From NCBI GenBank assembly GCA_904063045.1, contig CAJFCJ010000004.1:1481713-1545712 (forward strand): DNA of 64,000 bases, written 5' to 3'. The position numbers were made by a program, and so were the translations under genes. The notes beneath the pieces are model-generated. The model saw only the letters and a program-made list of their open reading frames with translations. It was not told the origin of the DNA and ran no database searches. Position 1 is the stretch's first letter. Every line of letters begins with the position of its first letter. Shown piece after piece: positions 48,501-63,200 of the stretch. The DNA comes from Dimorphilus gyrociliatus. Taxonomy: Eukaryota > Animalia > Annelida.

Positions 48501-51500
48501 TAAGACCACAGAGAACATTAATTTATTTGTATATTTACAATAAATTTTATAAAATGCAACTTCTTTATCGGGTGGTAGAAGGAAAGCAGGACTCGAAAAC
48601 GTTTAAATTATTGGGCGAGTGGAGGGTTTTATCTTGAGGGTGTCCTTTTCTATTCTTTTATTAATTCTTTTGAGTATAACAGAATCTAGTCATGATCTTA
48701 GTCATCAAACTTGCATGCGGCCACTCGACGGCGGGCCGTCTCGCTTCTCATTACCGGTGCCGGGTCGTAGTCATTAGCCTGTCAGCACCTGACACAACGC
48801 CTCGCAATTTTCGGGGCAAATTGCAAAGAAATTTACCATTTCATTTACGCCCAAGTACGTTGGTAGAAAAATTACAGTCTAGGCCTATAAACTACATTTT
48901 CTTCTGTTTATTCTTCTTATAAATATATAAAAAAGCCCAGTTTTATATAGCCTTTGCTACTTGCTCCTCTATAGGATTAAAGAAACTGAGGTGTAACCAT
49001 ACTACCCCTATTACTTCGTATGGAAAGACACCGTCAATCTTCATACAGGCATTAACGTCTCTCGACGTCTCTTCGCTAAAAAGGTGTGACGCTCACGCCG
49101 AACACGCAACCTAAACATTCGACGTCATTTGTTGCCTGATTTATCGACGCCATTTTCTCGCGGTCGAAAATGGCACAAAGCGGTAGGAAGAAGAGCATAT
49201 ATGCGCTATTACTGAGTCTAATTGGAAGTAAGCTGTTTTTAATAAGCTCCATGGAAGAGATTTTCACAAAAAATGGATAAAGGGACTAAGAATTTTTGTC
49301 CATTCTCTTTCCCTTTTCTACTCATTTATATATAACGTATACGCCCTCTGGCACGCGCCCCCGCCTGCTAGCTAGTAGAATTGTCTGTAATATGAAGTTT
49401 AGCGTCACCTTTTTAGCTTGTTCGTTTCGTTGCGGAACATTCTTCAATAGGCATAAACCTTCTTCGTTCAAGTGACGCAACCACCTGTTTGGAATAGGGT
49501 CATAAAAAGGGCGGCGTTAATTACTTACGCTTATATGAGCGACTGTCGAAGGGCGAAAAAAAAGCAATGGCGCGAATTGAAAGAGATGGTGTGTGAGGTC
49601 AGAGAAAGGCATGCAAAATGCAGTTATCTTCACTTTGATGGGCACGTCTTGCTCACTCTTGTATGCGGCAGATCGAATTATCTTCGTATCACGTCTGTAC
49701 TACAATTTTCCACCGCTTTTTACCCGCGTCAGCTAGCGCAATTCCGATATATTTTTATTCGCTTAATTCGATTTGCATATATCTATATAAAGTTATATTT
49801 AAAACTCATATACTGTATAAATTATGCTGTTTATGAAATCTATATAAAACTTATTAAAACTTTCTATCACTCTTTTTATTATTCTTATAATCATTAATAT
49901 CATTTAGACAGTATTTAATCGCTACTAAGCACAATTAAATTGAAGGATAATATGCGTATGGGAGAGTTTTACCAGGGTGGGAAGGGAAGCGTATCGAGAG
50001 AGATTTTTTTTTATAATTGTTAATTAACGCTCTAAAAAGGTTGCTTTCTCTTTTAAGCGCCACTCGAGAGCAGCAAGTTTCCTGTTCAACACCCGAATTG
50101 GGGTGGTTGGCACGCGTTCATTGTTTACTATATATGTATATTTGTGTCGAAATAGTTGTAAAATGTCTATAAACTTTGCTTTCAATAAAAAAAAAGACTT
50201 TCACCTAAAAATAAACGCTCTTTTTTTTTACCTTAATTGTCCTTTCTTAGAATCGGCAACTTCTTCATATTCCAGAACTGGTAGTCGGTTCTGAAAAGCG
50301 AAAGTGGTTTACTTTTTGAACGAAAGTGATATCTCCTAAGTGCATCGTATAATTATAGACGTTTCAATATATTTGAAGATAGGAGACAGGCCGCACTTGA
50401 ACAGTTAGTGTAATCAGTGAAAGACTATACTACTTCAACCGTCTAAACTATTCGGCGTTCGTTTTCGAACGTTTATCTACTTCAAACAGCGGCGTGTGTG
50501 CATACAGCCCTGCCCTTCCATAATCCTCAAACAGGAGGACAAAAGCTGTAATTGAGCGCAAATATTCTTAGCTATATGCGAGTTGAAAAAACACAAGTGA
50601 GAACCGGGCCAGACAGTGCCCTTATTTCCTCGACGTCACATTGGACTGACATGGGCAGTTCCTCTTTGGAAATGAAGAAAGGTCTATGTACATAACGTCT
50701 CCATCATAAAGAATCGCTTTTATCATCTCTTGGCGTTCGTTCTTCTATCGTTCAAGCTGGAATTACTATAGCCGGTATATGAAATAGAAAGGGAGATATT
50801 GAAAATAAGGGAAGGGACAGGGGAGAGAAGAGAACCCGGAACGGACGTCAGATGCACTCAGCCGCTAATCAATCACTCAAAGAACTTGTACGCGGCAACA
50901 AATGCTCTCGGAAGCCGTATATTGTTCCCCGCACGCGCCGCACCCCCGCCTAAATTTCCTCCGCGAAACTAATATATACTCTTAATAAACGCATAGCTTA
51001 TGTTTTCTAGGATTTCTTGGGGCGAATGGTAAGTATATATGAAACATAAGAAAAGAAAATTCTGTACTTCTTCTCTATCCTGTTTAAACGAATCGATGTG
51101 CGAACCGCAAAATCCGCAATTCGATCTGCAAATGGTGTATCTGTCAAGGCGGAGCGGCTCAATGCCACCTCAATCCCCGTCAGAGTTTTAATGAAGGCAG
51201 CGTTGGTGTGCTGCTGCTTTTGCAGTTAGTCGCTTGCATCTCTACATCTATGTAACATACGTGAAAACGCTTAGGAATCGTTTGTAAGAAAGAAATTGGT
51301 ATTTAAAGCAAAAATCAAGTCGCTAATGACCAGTTCTTTTTAGTTTTTCCATTCAATTTTCCGTATGGCTTTGTTCACCCACAAAATCAAAGAGAAAATC
51401 TGCCAGACGTCGAAACTTTTCTTACGTCACCGTTTACGCGAACGATCAACGGACCGTAATAAAACGCCTTTAATTGCCTTTAAGCTTTGATTATGAAAAA

Positions 51501-53113
51501 AGGACGCCTTCAATACTGCATGCGGTCGCCTCGCGTATAGACGTCTATAGTTTGACGTTGACGAGTGAACCGTCACGCAAGTTGCTACATGACGCAGCTG
51601 CCGCTTGCTCACTTCCGCTTCTTGAGTGCATCGTTTTCATGACGTCACGGCAAACAGCTCATACAAGTTTCATACGCTTTACATTTCTCCTCCTACACAT
51701 TCATTATGAATATGTCGTACATGCATTTTGTATAAATACTGTACTTGACAAATTTCTTTCCCTTGCCCTTAGACAAGACCTTTAGACGCTAGACCCTTTG
51801 TTTAAAATGCGGGGATACGCCTTGTTTGTCTTGAGTTTGTCACGAGAAATACGAGTAGAAACAAAGAAGGGATTGATGACTGTTGATTAGAAGGTAATGG
51901 AATGATGGATCGTTCCTGTATGTCCAGTCCAATTTGCATTCCCATTATATAAGTACTATGACTATGTCTTTCCTACTATATTGTTTATGGTATTCTATAT
52001 GCAATTATACGTGTAAAGTTTGTACTGTATACAGTGCAAACAAGTGTTTTTTTTTGTGTAATAAATATCATACTTGAAGAAACAATGTGTTTTATATATA
52101 TCTAAACGTCTTAGGATACAAATGCATAAACAAAAGGTTCAGCTTACTAGACTTTCCGTATTACTGCTCCCGCTAAGTTTCTCCTTTTCCAAACTTTTCT
52201 TTAAATTAATCTCAGAGTACGAGTTTTCATTTAAAAACTGCAAAGGAAATTTTCCATCATGACGGTCTTCTTCGAATCTTACAAATAGTGAATCGCCTGC
52301 CAAAAGAAAAACCGCCCGTAAACAAAAGACCGCCAACCAGCCCTGCAATCGTGCGGCTTCGGCGTCATTCGACGCTCGGCGTGGGGTATCTTGTCGGTAC
52401 ACGATAGCCACAACGTCTATGTAATCAACGCCGAGCTTGCATGAGCGGGCGGTCAGTGACGCCTTAAATTGCCGCATTTAATTATACATACACTCCCCCT
52501 TCCCCTAGTCTTTACCCTTTACCACCTACCTTCAATAATCGCTTTATCAATTGAATAAAAAGGTTCCATGGTCCATGGTTTTATTGTCTTACTCCCGCTA
52601 GAACTCTGCAGACATTGCTCACATTGGCAGTTGTATCGGAGCCAAGCCGCGTGAAATCTGTAATCATCAGCTCTATTAAAGAAATAAACAGAAAATGTCG
52701 AGATTTATCGATCTTTTGTCAGTACTGTCGTTGTCACCTTTGTAACGATTTTCCCCCTCGCTTTTATGCATAAACCATACATGAATTTATACTTATTTTT
52801 TATTATATGTAAATTAATAAATACAAAAACGTCGCCCCAGCAATAAGCAGACTGGCTGTAGGGAAAAAAAGGTAAATGGTTTGCTAACCTATTTACGCCT
52901 TTACCATCCACATTTACATCGATCTGATTTTTAGCCAACGAAGCAATTTCGGGTTTGGTCTGAAAAAACTCGAGTTAACGCATTTTGACAATTTAATGAC
53001 AAACTTACAATGCTACGATGAACAGACGTAGATTGGCGGACCGATAAGCGATTGATTGAACACTTTTTAGCGAACGAGCGCAGTTGAACACCTGTTTTGG
53101 TAAATTTATACAT
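45515..53113 (-). CDS. Gamma-butyrobetaine dioxygenase-like (TauD fold, 431 aa); exons 53113-53009, 52959-52889, 52657-52530, 52296-52148, 50290-50232, 49484-49409, 48487-48177, 47825-47711, 47106-47038, 46963-46859, 45622-45515
   Basis: Eleven in-phase GT-AG exons sum to 1296 nt; Zn motif WLRYNCQCEQC, iron ligands HMD and LHAR, 'FNNRRILH' and 'RHLQVCYVNIDEF'. Confidence 0.92.
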
Positions 53114-53717
53114 TCTCTATGAAAAGGGTAGAAAAGTGTGGCATTTCTATATTAGTCATTACTATGTGTATAACATATATACTATAACAATAACAATATA
53201 TGTTTTTCCATATGGAAATGATATGAGTACATATCATAGAATATAATAGAATATTGTACATCATTACCTTTTGCATACATATTCATTTATATTTGTTAAG
53301 AACTCGAGAAAAATTGTCTTATATTTTGACTTATTAATCCTATAAAGCTACTCATCTCCTCTGTCTTTTTTTTAATAAATTATACATTTCAATGTAATTT
53401 ATATAGGTATTATACAAAAGATAATATGACCTTTTCTATATGAAATGTTGTATTTCCATAAAAATAAATAATAAACGCTTTTTGGACGAATGTCTCCGGA
53501 GACTAATTACCAGTGTCGAGTTAATAAAACAGGCTTTTGAACAATGTATTAATATAGGCCTTCCAATACTGATCCCCTCTTTCTACCGGATATTTGTCGG
53601 CATTCAGCTCTCGGAACAGGAATAATGTTTACCAAAAGATTAATATGTGCATAGAATCACTATTTTTGAGTATATAAAGAATATTTTGAGAAGCCAATGT
53701 AAGAGATATATTATAAG

Positions 53718-53753
<36 letters not shown>

Positions 53754-55989
53754 TATATGTGTGTGTGCGTGTCTTTGTAGACACTGGTATATGTCAAACA
53801 AGTATGAATATTCAATAAAATATCTATACAAGTGTATTTTATACAAAATTCGAAGCTCTATAATCTACACACACATATCTGTATATATATATATATGTCT
53901 ATATATTAATATATGTATATATAATATTAATTCAAGATATATCTTCAAAATTGACGTATCCAACATAATCGTCAACTAAAAAAGTATTTGACATAAACTG
54001 CAGACAATATAAGGTAAGTAAAATTAAAGCGGAGGAGATGTATGAAATCGTTGATAGAGTTTGATTAATCTCGTAAAGTTGCAACAAAAGAAACGTCCCG
54101 TTCCGTCCATCACGCGAGGGACGTCAAGTTGGTAGACGGTCGCTGGACGCCTAAGGGACGGCGCGTCTATCAAAACAATCACAAAAGTCAAAATGGCCGT
54201 CCAGATGTTGCGATAATTTCGGTTCTTTGATTATAATTCTCGTATATATACATTATAGTTTTAAGATATATACACAATATAAACGTGGTAAAAGAGTTCA
54301 AACTCAATTAGGCATCGTTTTAGCTTGTTTATTTGTTTGTTTACGCGTTAACGCGCTCCGATCCGATGTAGCGTGCTATTGCGTGAGTCTACGGAAATAT
54401 ATCGAAGAAACGCCGATATTTATCAGTACGGAACGATGACGTCATTTGACGCGCCCTAACCTCATCCCAACACAATCACGCTGCCCAGTCAGCTTGACCA
54501 GTGGTCATTCTCTCGAGAACGCATGATTGATTTCAATTGCTATGCTTGTCTGTACACACGATTGATCTCGCTCTCAACCTTCTATATAAACATTGAACAA
54601 ATCCCTGCGATTTACCCCAAGTATATACAATTGTACACGTAAGTTGCTCATATTACCAACAAATAATGCACAAAAAAAACATAGGGAAAGTGACCTTCAT
54701 CCCGTTTCCGTTTCTCCACATAATAAAAAAATAACATATACTATATTAACTGCAGCACGTATTAAATAACGTATATGACTGAAGATAAAATACAACGCCC
54801 TAAAAGTATAATTAACATATTTAATTAGTAAATCAAAGGGAAAGAGAGAAAAATTTACGTGACGATATAATCCTCATAATTGATGTCATAATTATAATTT
54901 TCCGGACCAAAATTCTAGTAACAAAGGGAAAAAGAAAAAACAAATCGTGTCGCAAGGTTATTTCTCGAACTTGAAATGGAGAATATGTTGATCAGTGAAA
55001 AAATTCCACTGGATATACTTCTTTAATATTTTATTCAAAGTTCAATGATTACGAGACAATGCCAGCGCTGTAGATTCGAGTTCTTTTGACCGTAAATACT
55101 GGTTATAGTAAATTTGCTCTAACCTTCTAATATTTTATAACATAGTCTCGATTTTTCTATATACGTTTATATTAGTGAATATAAATCTAGTACAATACTA
55201 CTAGTGCTTATTTCCTATATTCTATATTGAATGTACTTTTAAAAGCAAAGTTCTCGATACGATAAGCCAGTAGATCGTAAACTTTGATCCGTCGATAAGT
55301 TACAAGGCAATAAATAGAACGTAAAAGAAACTACATTGATAATGATTTGAGCTTAAAAGAAAATAAAGATCAGACAAATTGGCTACGGGTTGTACTCTAT
55401 CCAACACCGATATCATCTTAGATTCATTCCCTTCGCGTTCCTTTCAATTAACTATCATTTTCATCCTTTTTTTATGCTTTTTTATTACATTTCTCTTCTT
55501 TTAGCCTCTCTACTAAATTTTTTATATACCTTCATTAAATTCTGATTGGTAAAAAGTTTTGTTGACTCTTTGACTTTGATAAAGTCATAAAACGATTAAA
55601 TAAATACTTTGTATTCAATTCCAACAAAAATGTACAGCAAGTCAGACTATAATCCCGTTTATATCACTCTATATACACACAAACAGTGTTGTTGTTATTT
55701 GTTTATACTCGTTAACGTCTGTAAATAAAGTCTTTCTTTCTTTCTGTCTCTTTCCTTAATTCCCTTAAAAAAAGAAAAACAACGTCATCAATGTTTTTCT
55801 TCTGACGCAAGGCAAAAAAAACTTTAACGAGATCGTTTATTCTATAAACTTAATAATTCAGCTTGACTTCCGTTCGTTAAATTATTCCTTAATTACAATC
55901 AAAAGAGTATGTTTGTTATGATATATTTATTTATAAATAACAAGTAGAGACAATAAAAGAACAAAAAGTGAAATTAAGTTGTGAATATT

Positions 55990-56150
55990 ACTCTTCCTGC
56001 AGTTTTATCATTAGTGGGGCGAAATTGAAAGAGCGAGAGAGAGAGCCGAGGGGGGCTGAGAGGGAGTTAGAGAGAGAGAAAAGAAAAGAAAAAAACAAAA
56101 GAGAAGAGAGAAAGAGAGAGAGAGAGAGAGAGACATACACATACACACAC
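55990..56150. repeat. (GA)n purine-rich tract followed by a short (CA)n run
   Basis: Directly visible. Confidence 0.85.
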
Positions 56151-56796
56151 AAGTGGGATTGAAAAAATAATCCATATTCAGTAAATTTTGAATGTTTAAT
56201 CATAAAAGAATAAAAAAAATCTTTATCCTCCTTTGCAATATTTATTTTTTAATTTAAGCCATTTTTTCCTCCTTTTAAATGTGTAGGCGAAATATTTTTG
56301 CAATGCGCATGTTGCGCATAAGAGCACCAGCGGGTGGCGCCCTCTAGACACACTCTACAAGCGTTTGTTCCCGTTTGCTCTATACATCAAAACGAGGTTT
56401 GTAACTTACACGAGATTGTGATATATCTAAAATAATTTTCTTTTTATATCTATATATGCATTTCTTTTTATTCTATTTTAATAATTTTCCCTAATTGAAA
56501 AGAATTTCAATTAATCTGTTATCTCTTAAGCAACAATAATACTTTTGATATCTTTATTGTGTAATTTATATACTGATTTTATATATCTATAGTATTTTTT
56601 GTAGGCTGTTAAACAGCAAATACTGCAAAATAGAGAGATAACCTATATATATTGTAGAAAAGTTTGCATTTCCAGTCTTAGTTATCATATTGTATAAAAG
56701 TTTGTAAGGGTTAATTTGAACTTTACATAAAGTATGCATTTGTATATAAACTGTCTGCATAGGAGGATCTATCTGTATATGTGTAGATGTATGTAC

Positions 56797-56798
56797 GA

Positions 56799-56836
<38 letters not shown>

Positions 56837-56915
56837 ATGTGGTATGTATGTATGTATGCGTGTGTGTATGTATATATATATGTGTGTATTTGCGTATATA
56901 TATATATATATATAT
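56797..56915. repeat. Compound (TG)n/(TA)n microsatellite
   Basis: Directly visible. Confidence 0.9.
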
Positions 56916-59138
56916 TTATGTAAGTAGACTCAACTATGCAAGTTTGAGTTTGTAAGGTGCAAAGCAAAATAACTGCAAAAAGGTTTAACATTTAAGATGA
57001 GGATGGATAGAAAACATAGGGATTCCGCGCATTCGTATCTGCATGTAAACTATAGACGACATATTCATTCGAGCGAATGAGCTCAGAGAGCGTTTTCTAA
57101 TCAAGAAAAAAGCGGAGAATTAGCTTTTTGCGTTTCTGATCCGCCAAATAGCGGTATAGACACGTTCTACGTTCCTTTTCGTGAGCCGGTGCCCGCATGC
57201 CATTTTCTCATCTTCTTAAACCACTCGCCGTCTTTTGTCGCGCCTATTTACTAATTTCATTTCGCCTAAGTGCGCTTTCGCTGACAGTATTGATGTTAGC
57301 TCGATAACTTATCGTTATTAACTGATTACGTTCGAGTGTTAGGTCTTATCTTTAGGTTTAAGCTATTCATGAAGAGTATACAGTCTTGAATAATGTACAA
57401 ATCTTCTTCAATTATTACTCATTTAGGTAAGAAAATAATTGCAATAATTCTTTCCTTAAGTAAAATAGGAAAATTGGAAGCTTGGTAATGTACATTAGAA
57501 AAAAAAGGAACAAAAAAAAAAAAAAACAACAAAGTTCTCGCTACAACGCAGCTGTATATGAGCGCTTCGCTTATCAGACTGCTTTTATACACAAAATGTC
57601 TTGTTGTCTGCCAGCTTTGATGAATGAGGAACGATAAATTTTGCAGTGTTCTCCTTTTCTAATGCAATTTCGCTTTTCTCTGTTCTTTTTCAATTCTATA
57701 ATACATACTCCTCTTCTTCATCGCCTGTACAGCTCACTAATTAGATTTCATTCCCCGTTATTCTTTTAACTGATGGCTTTATGTGCGGCGTTTCCTATCT
57801 ACATTGGTGCATCTCGTTATGATTATATTGAGAACAAAAGGCTCTAAAACAAAAATCTATTGTTTGACGTTTGTTTTTTCTGTCGATATTGCAATCTGTC
57901 AAATTAAATAGTCAAAGAGATAGCGGCCCATAGATAACGTGACGTCATTTAGCCCACTGCGTGCTTGTCATATTTGGCCTAAGAATGCAGGTCATGGAAG
58001 AGCGAATGTTTTGAAGCTGTCAACGTGAAAATAGGTCTACTAAAAAATTCTATCGTCCGCGCATTCTTAACTTTTTGGTATGCAGGAAATTTATTCAAGA
58101 GCGATTGAGAAGAACATTGTTTTCGAATTGATTTAAATGAGCCCTTCGCGCATTTTACAGTACTCTTGGCTCCTCCCACTTTCCAAGTGCGGGCGTGAAT
58201 ATTTTCTCAGACAGCCCAAATATTTTAACTGAAAGAAAGGTACCTATTAATTTATCTAAATCGTTTGCAAGGCCAGTCTTATGTTCGTTCTCTTTACTTC
58301 CTATATGTATAACGTGTACATGGAAAAGCGCAGAGATAAACAGAAAAAAAGGGGGTAGAACGTTAACGAAAAGCAGCCGTTAGAGAGTTTGTTTTCAATT
58401 GTGCATATAAGCCACAAGGTGTCGCCATTAGTTCTATTTTGTTGGAGGGAAGAAGGGGTAAGAGGAAAATACATAGAAAGAGTGAGAGATAGAAGGGAGG
58501 GGGAGAAAAGGAAAGAAGAGGAAGTTGTATTTATCTATCAGATTGAATATTATTACTTATACTTTCACATAAACTAATATATAAATTATATATGCTGTAA
58601 TAAATTTATGATATAGTTGTTTATATACAAGTTCATATTCAAATATATATGCAAATGGGAACTATACATGTGTACGACATTCAATATAGATTTTTGAATA
58701 TGATGTACATTAATTGAATGCACAACTAGGATAACATATGAATTTATCATATGAACAAATAACAGGAGTTGATTGAGAGAGGTTTAAGATAATATTGAGA
58801 GGAGATTATATGTGCCATATTAGAGGGTATAGAATATTTGGATAAGTAAGTCTTATTATTACTACATACAAGTTATATAACCAATAATAAAGCTAAAGGC
58901 GATTGATTGTTCCTGTAATCGATGGCGACGAGCGTAGATACGAACTATCAAAGATAAGGCGTATATAAGGAGTCAGATAGAGTATAGTATAGGGAGATTG
59001 TGGCGCCGCACAGTGCACACGGTCATTATCGTTTTACGACTGAGCCTTCAGGTTTACGACTGCTTGGTGTGGCCCTCGCGCTTTCAATTATTGCAAGGCC
59101 AATATAATAAAAGTGTTATAAATTCTTACGCTCTTCGT

Positions 59139-59148
59139 TGATTGACAG
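59139..59148 (+). promoter_or_regulatory. PBX-MEIS/PREP decameric site TGATTGACAG
   Basis: Exact match to the established consensus, about 620 nt upstream of the Meis ATG. Confidence 0.5.
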
Positions 59149-59765
59149 CTTTCGTACGATGCGGCTGTAAAAGCGATGAGTACTAGTTCTCGAAACACCC
59201 GTAAAACTTTCAAGAGGGATTCCGCCGACAGCAGGGGATGTCGTTCGAAACCAAATTACGTAACGGTAAACACGAGTTTCCCAATGAAATGAACAGTTAG
59301 AAAACGCCGCCATCTTATCATCTCGCCTTTGACGGAGACGTTTTTCTATAGTCTTTAACATTCTATACTAGAATAATCATCTCAGTCGGAGAGTAAAAGC
59401 GGCTATAAGTTACATGCTCGTTACGTAACTTTCCTCTCTTTATTTTCATATGTTTATGTTAGATGCGCTAGCGTGTGAAAAAGAAGTAAGGGATGATAGA
59501 AACGTTTACAGTACTCAGTGCAGGATTCGCGTTATTTGTGTTTTACCTAAAATCTTTTTAAGCTGCCTGCAAGTAGCCATACCAAAGAATGAGTAGTTGC
59601 TTAATCGTGCGATAGGGGGCGACACAAAACTTAGCCACACCCTCTTTGTAATGCGCGATCAGTTCCAATTGGTTGGAAAAGGGTATGATTGACGCGCAGA
59701 CTGTGTAGATGGACAGAGCGAATTCGGTTGGCGTTAGTAGTTGAGCAGTGCTTTTGCTTGCAGAC

Positions 59766-60249
59766 ATGTCGAACACTGCCCAGCCGAGAAGCGAAAGCGG
59801 AAAGATTTACGACGGTCAGGTGGCGAGTGCCGCATTGGCGCTCGGCGCTCTACAGTACGACAATGGAATAGCTCAGGGATACAGTGGTATGGACAATATG
59901 TATCCAACATCGGTAACGGGCGTCGGTCCGACCTCAACTCACAACCTCCCTCATTATCCTACCTATTCTCAGCCCCATCACTCTTCGTCGGAAGACGCTC
60001 AACAGAAGAGGGATAAGGATCAAATATACGGGTCCGTATAAGAAAAATGGATCAGAAACGGGTCCGTCATGTTATAGTGCATCATCGGATAATCCTTCCT
60101 TTTTCAGCCATCCACTCTTCCCGCTACTCGCCTTAATCTTCGAAAAGTGCGAGCTAGCTACCTGTACGCCCCGAGATCACGGAGTAACCGGCGGCGACGT
60201 GTGTTCATCCGAGTCATTTAATGACGATATCCGTGTATTCTCTCAGCAG
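59766..60249 (+). CDS. MEIS: Meis/homothorax TALE homeobox gene, first two coding exons (59766-60031, 60108-60249); continues beyond the window
   Basis: 'KRDKDQIYG|[36 protein letters not shown]' is the MEINOX/HM1 signature; GTAAGT donor at 60250; no next exon found before 64000. Confidence 0.95.
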
Positions 60250-63200
60250 GTAAGTGAGAGTCCCCGACCTTTTTTATTTTTAATTTTATCTGTAGTCTTT
60301 GCTCTTTTTTCCCTCACTAAACCTTACAACTTGCTGCCCAACGGGCAATGCAAGAGGCAGTCGTTAAGCATTATCAGATCGACGCGCGTCTCGAAAATTA
60401 CCGGGGACGGCGAACGAGTAAAAGTATAATTTATAGACGCGAAGGGGGCGAAGAAAATTCCGCGTTTCGCTTCTGGTCAAACGTTAGAGAAGATAAGGCG
60501 ACTGTAGGAGAACAGCTGCTACCTCGAGCTGTATCCGAAGGAAATTCTATCTTGCACCATCCTGCACTACGCCGCCACAACGTTGGGCGCGCGCCATTTG
60601 TTTACGAATTTAATTCGAAAAGTTTATACATTTACATTTGCCACTATGCGGCGTTGAAATGATTTTTTTTGTTGTTGTTGGATAGACTGAAAAAAAGACG
60701 AGCGGAGAGGGAGAAGGGGGCGTTAGGGGATAAAAAAAACTGCAACATTTTTGTGTCAGTTAGTGTCAGTTTGTCGGCAGCAGCCGCACGCTCTCCTTCT
60801 GTTCTCTCCTAACTTTTCTTTTTTTTCTCTTCCCTTCCATTCTGTCAGTCTATTAGGTTGTTCATCATTTTTTTCCACTTAAACATCCTCCTTCTAACTA
60901 TTCATTTTCTTCCTCATTTTATGTTAGTGTTTATTTTTTTCATTCTCTTTCTCTCTAGCTCTCTTGCTATTTCTTTCTCTACCCATCCCATTTATTAGTG
61001 TATACGTACGATTATGAATAATTTAGAGTTTGCCTCTCCCTCCGAAAAAGTGATTGCATTTGTTGATCTGATAATAGGATATTGATATTGACCTCTTAAC
61101 GACCTTGATTTGTGCGCGCGCGTACTGGAGAAGGGTCATTAATCATTTTACCAGCTGGCTCTCAGAGTGATTCAATCAATGACCTACTTTGAGCCGACGA
61201 TACCTTTTGAAATAATCATGGCGAGTTGTCTGCATGACTCTGCATTGAAGGCGAGTAGCGCTCGGTATTTAAACGCCTTTGTAGCCCAATATATGAAGAT
61301 GTCCTTCTTTTTCATCTATAGAAATCATCTTCACCCCTATATTTTTCTTAAAACCGGTCTCTATTTAATAAAATATAAATTGTGAAAAATCACTCTATAT
61401 CGCCCCCAACGGTGACCGGATCCAGAATTGTTTACGATTACGGATTTATGTTTATTTACCTTTCTCCGAGACTAATCACCGTCGCCTATACTGACATTAA
61501 CTTGTTTACGGGGCAGCCGTTTGTTTACAGCGTGAAAAATGTAGGAATTATTGGAAATTCATTGGCTGGCGCCGTTAATATAAATATATAAATGAATCGG
61601 GCGGCCGTAATAAAAGTTGATTGTATTAAGACTCTATTCGATTCTTCGCCCATGCCTTATTAAACCTATTGCGTATATCTTACGTAATAGTTGAAATATA
61701 TCCAAACTAATTTGCATTGACGTAATTAAGTACGTTTCATTTTAAACTTTTTAAATTGTCTTGGTAACTGTATAATATCAGAAAACGTTATTTTTCTCAT
61801 AAAGTTAATATACACGGTCATTCAGTTCGTTCATATAACAATGAATTTCATGACGGTGTATTTTTTAAAACTAGTTTTTTCTAAAATATAAAATACATAT
61901 ATATGCAAGCGGAGTAATCGCTTAAACGCGTCTGCGTACATTAATCGACTTATGTATACGCAAAGCAAATATTGATTAGTCAGTAGGAGAGTTTTTTTCT
62001 TCGTTTCTTTTATTACTTGCATAAAACGGTCCAATATACACAGAGGACTTCTTTAACGGAGGTTAGGAATAGTAGGAATTTTCCTCTTTTCCCTCAATTT
62101 AATTTATGCCTGTATTATGCATATTAACCTACATATATGTACGTACAAGCGTGAAATGCAAAAAGGATAGTAGCTCTTTTGCTCGCCCCCTCCTCCCCCC
62201 CTCTCTCTCTCTCTCTCTTTTAGTCTACCGTTGAGGTTTGGTATAATCAACCAAGTGAGAAAATGTAATTTTTATCGGAGCGAGCCGAAATGTTTCGATG
62301 ATTCGGAAGAGCATTTGGCTGCCTTAATCGCCTCTCACTCCGCATATTTTCCAAACAGGTGACCCTAATTTATAGCAGGAGCCTTTTTGCTTTCTCTTCC
62401 AGATGTGTCCGTTAAATAAAAAAAATGGACGAGATAGATAGGTTTTTCCCGTTTATCCGTATCGTTGTATTCCTGTTTCAATTAGGAAAACAACGATTAC
62501 CGACTTTGTGATTGTGTAATCAACGACAATTCGTAGGCCGTGAGAGGAAGTTGGAGTTGGTCAGAAAGATAACGCTTATCTGCTGACTCGGATGGACTCG
62601 TTTCCGGTTTATATAGCTTTTAAATATAATCTATACGTACGTGTTTTTAGAAAGAAATGGGGGGAAGAGGGGCGGGCTATAAGAAAAAATAAGTTTTCTT
62701 CACCGCCATTTTCAATCCGATTACGGCAAGCGATTAAGAAAGAAAAACGTTTAGCCTTAGCTACAATGCCCACAAATCGGAAATGTAAACTTTAGCGAGT
62801 GTTGACCGTGTAGGGGTGAGACGTAAACAATAGTATAGTAGTAAGAGTATACAATATAAACGTTTCGTAGCTCATATAGTGTATTCGTTACCAACTTTTT
62901 ACAATTAAGAAGCTTTAAAATTAATTAAATAATTCAATTATCTTGACAATTTCTCAAATTTCTCAAATTTTTCAAGTTTTTTTTCTCCATCCCTTTTTAA
63001 AATCATTATTTAACGACCTGAAGTTTTAGTTTTCTATTATTTCCCTAAGTCGCCGACTGATCCGAGAAAACAATCACGACCACACCGTTCGTAGCGCGAT
63101 TATACTGAGAGATCAATTTCAAACAAATGTGCTCGATCCAACGTCGAAATAGACTGCGAATGTAATCCAAACTGCCGTACACACTCGCCATTTGCATATC

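Noticed and set aside
1-53113. SLC22 (carnitine transporter family) and a BBOX-like enzyme as a carnitine cluster
   Set aside because: They are about 45 kb and many genes apart, SLC22 is a large family, and neither substrate is established.
53440-57000. Tyr/Ile/His-rich short ORFs
   Set aside because: Translations of TA/TG/GA microsatellites.
60028-60067. Direct repeat ACGGGTCCGT suggesting an alternative Meis donor 30 nt downstream
   Set aside because: An in-frame TAA lies between the two copies, so it cannot extend the protein.
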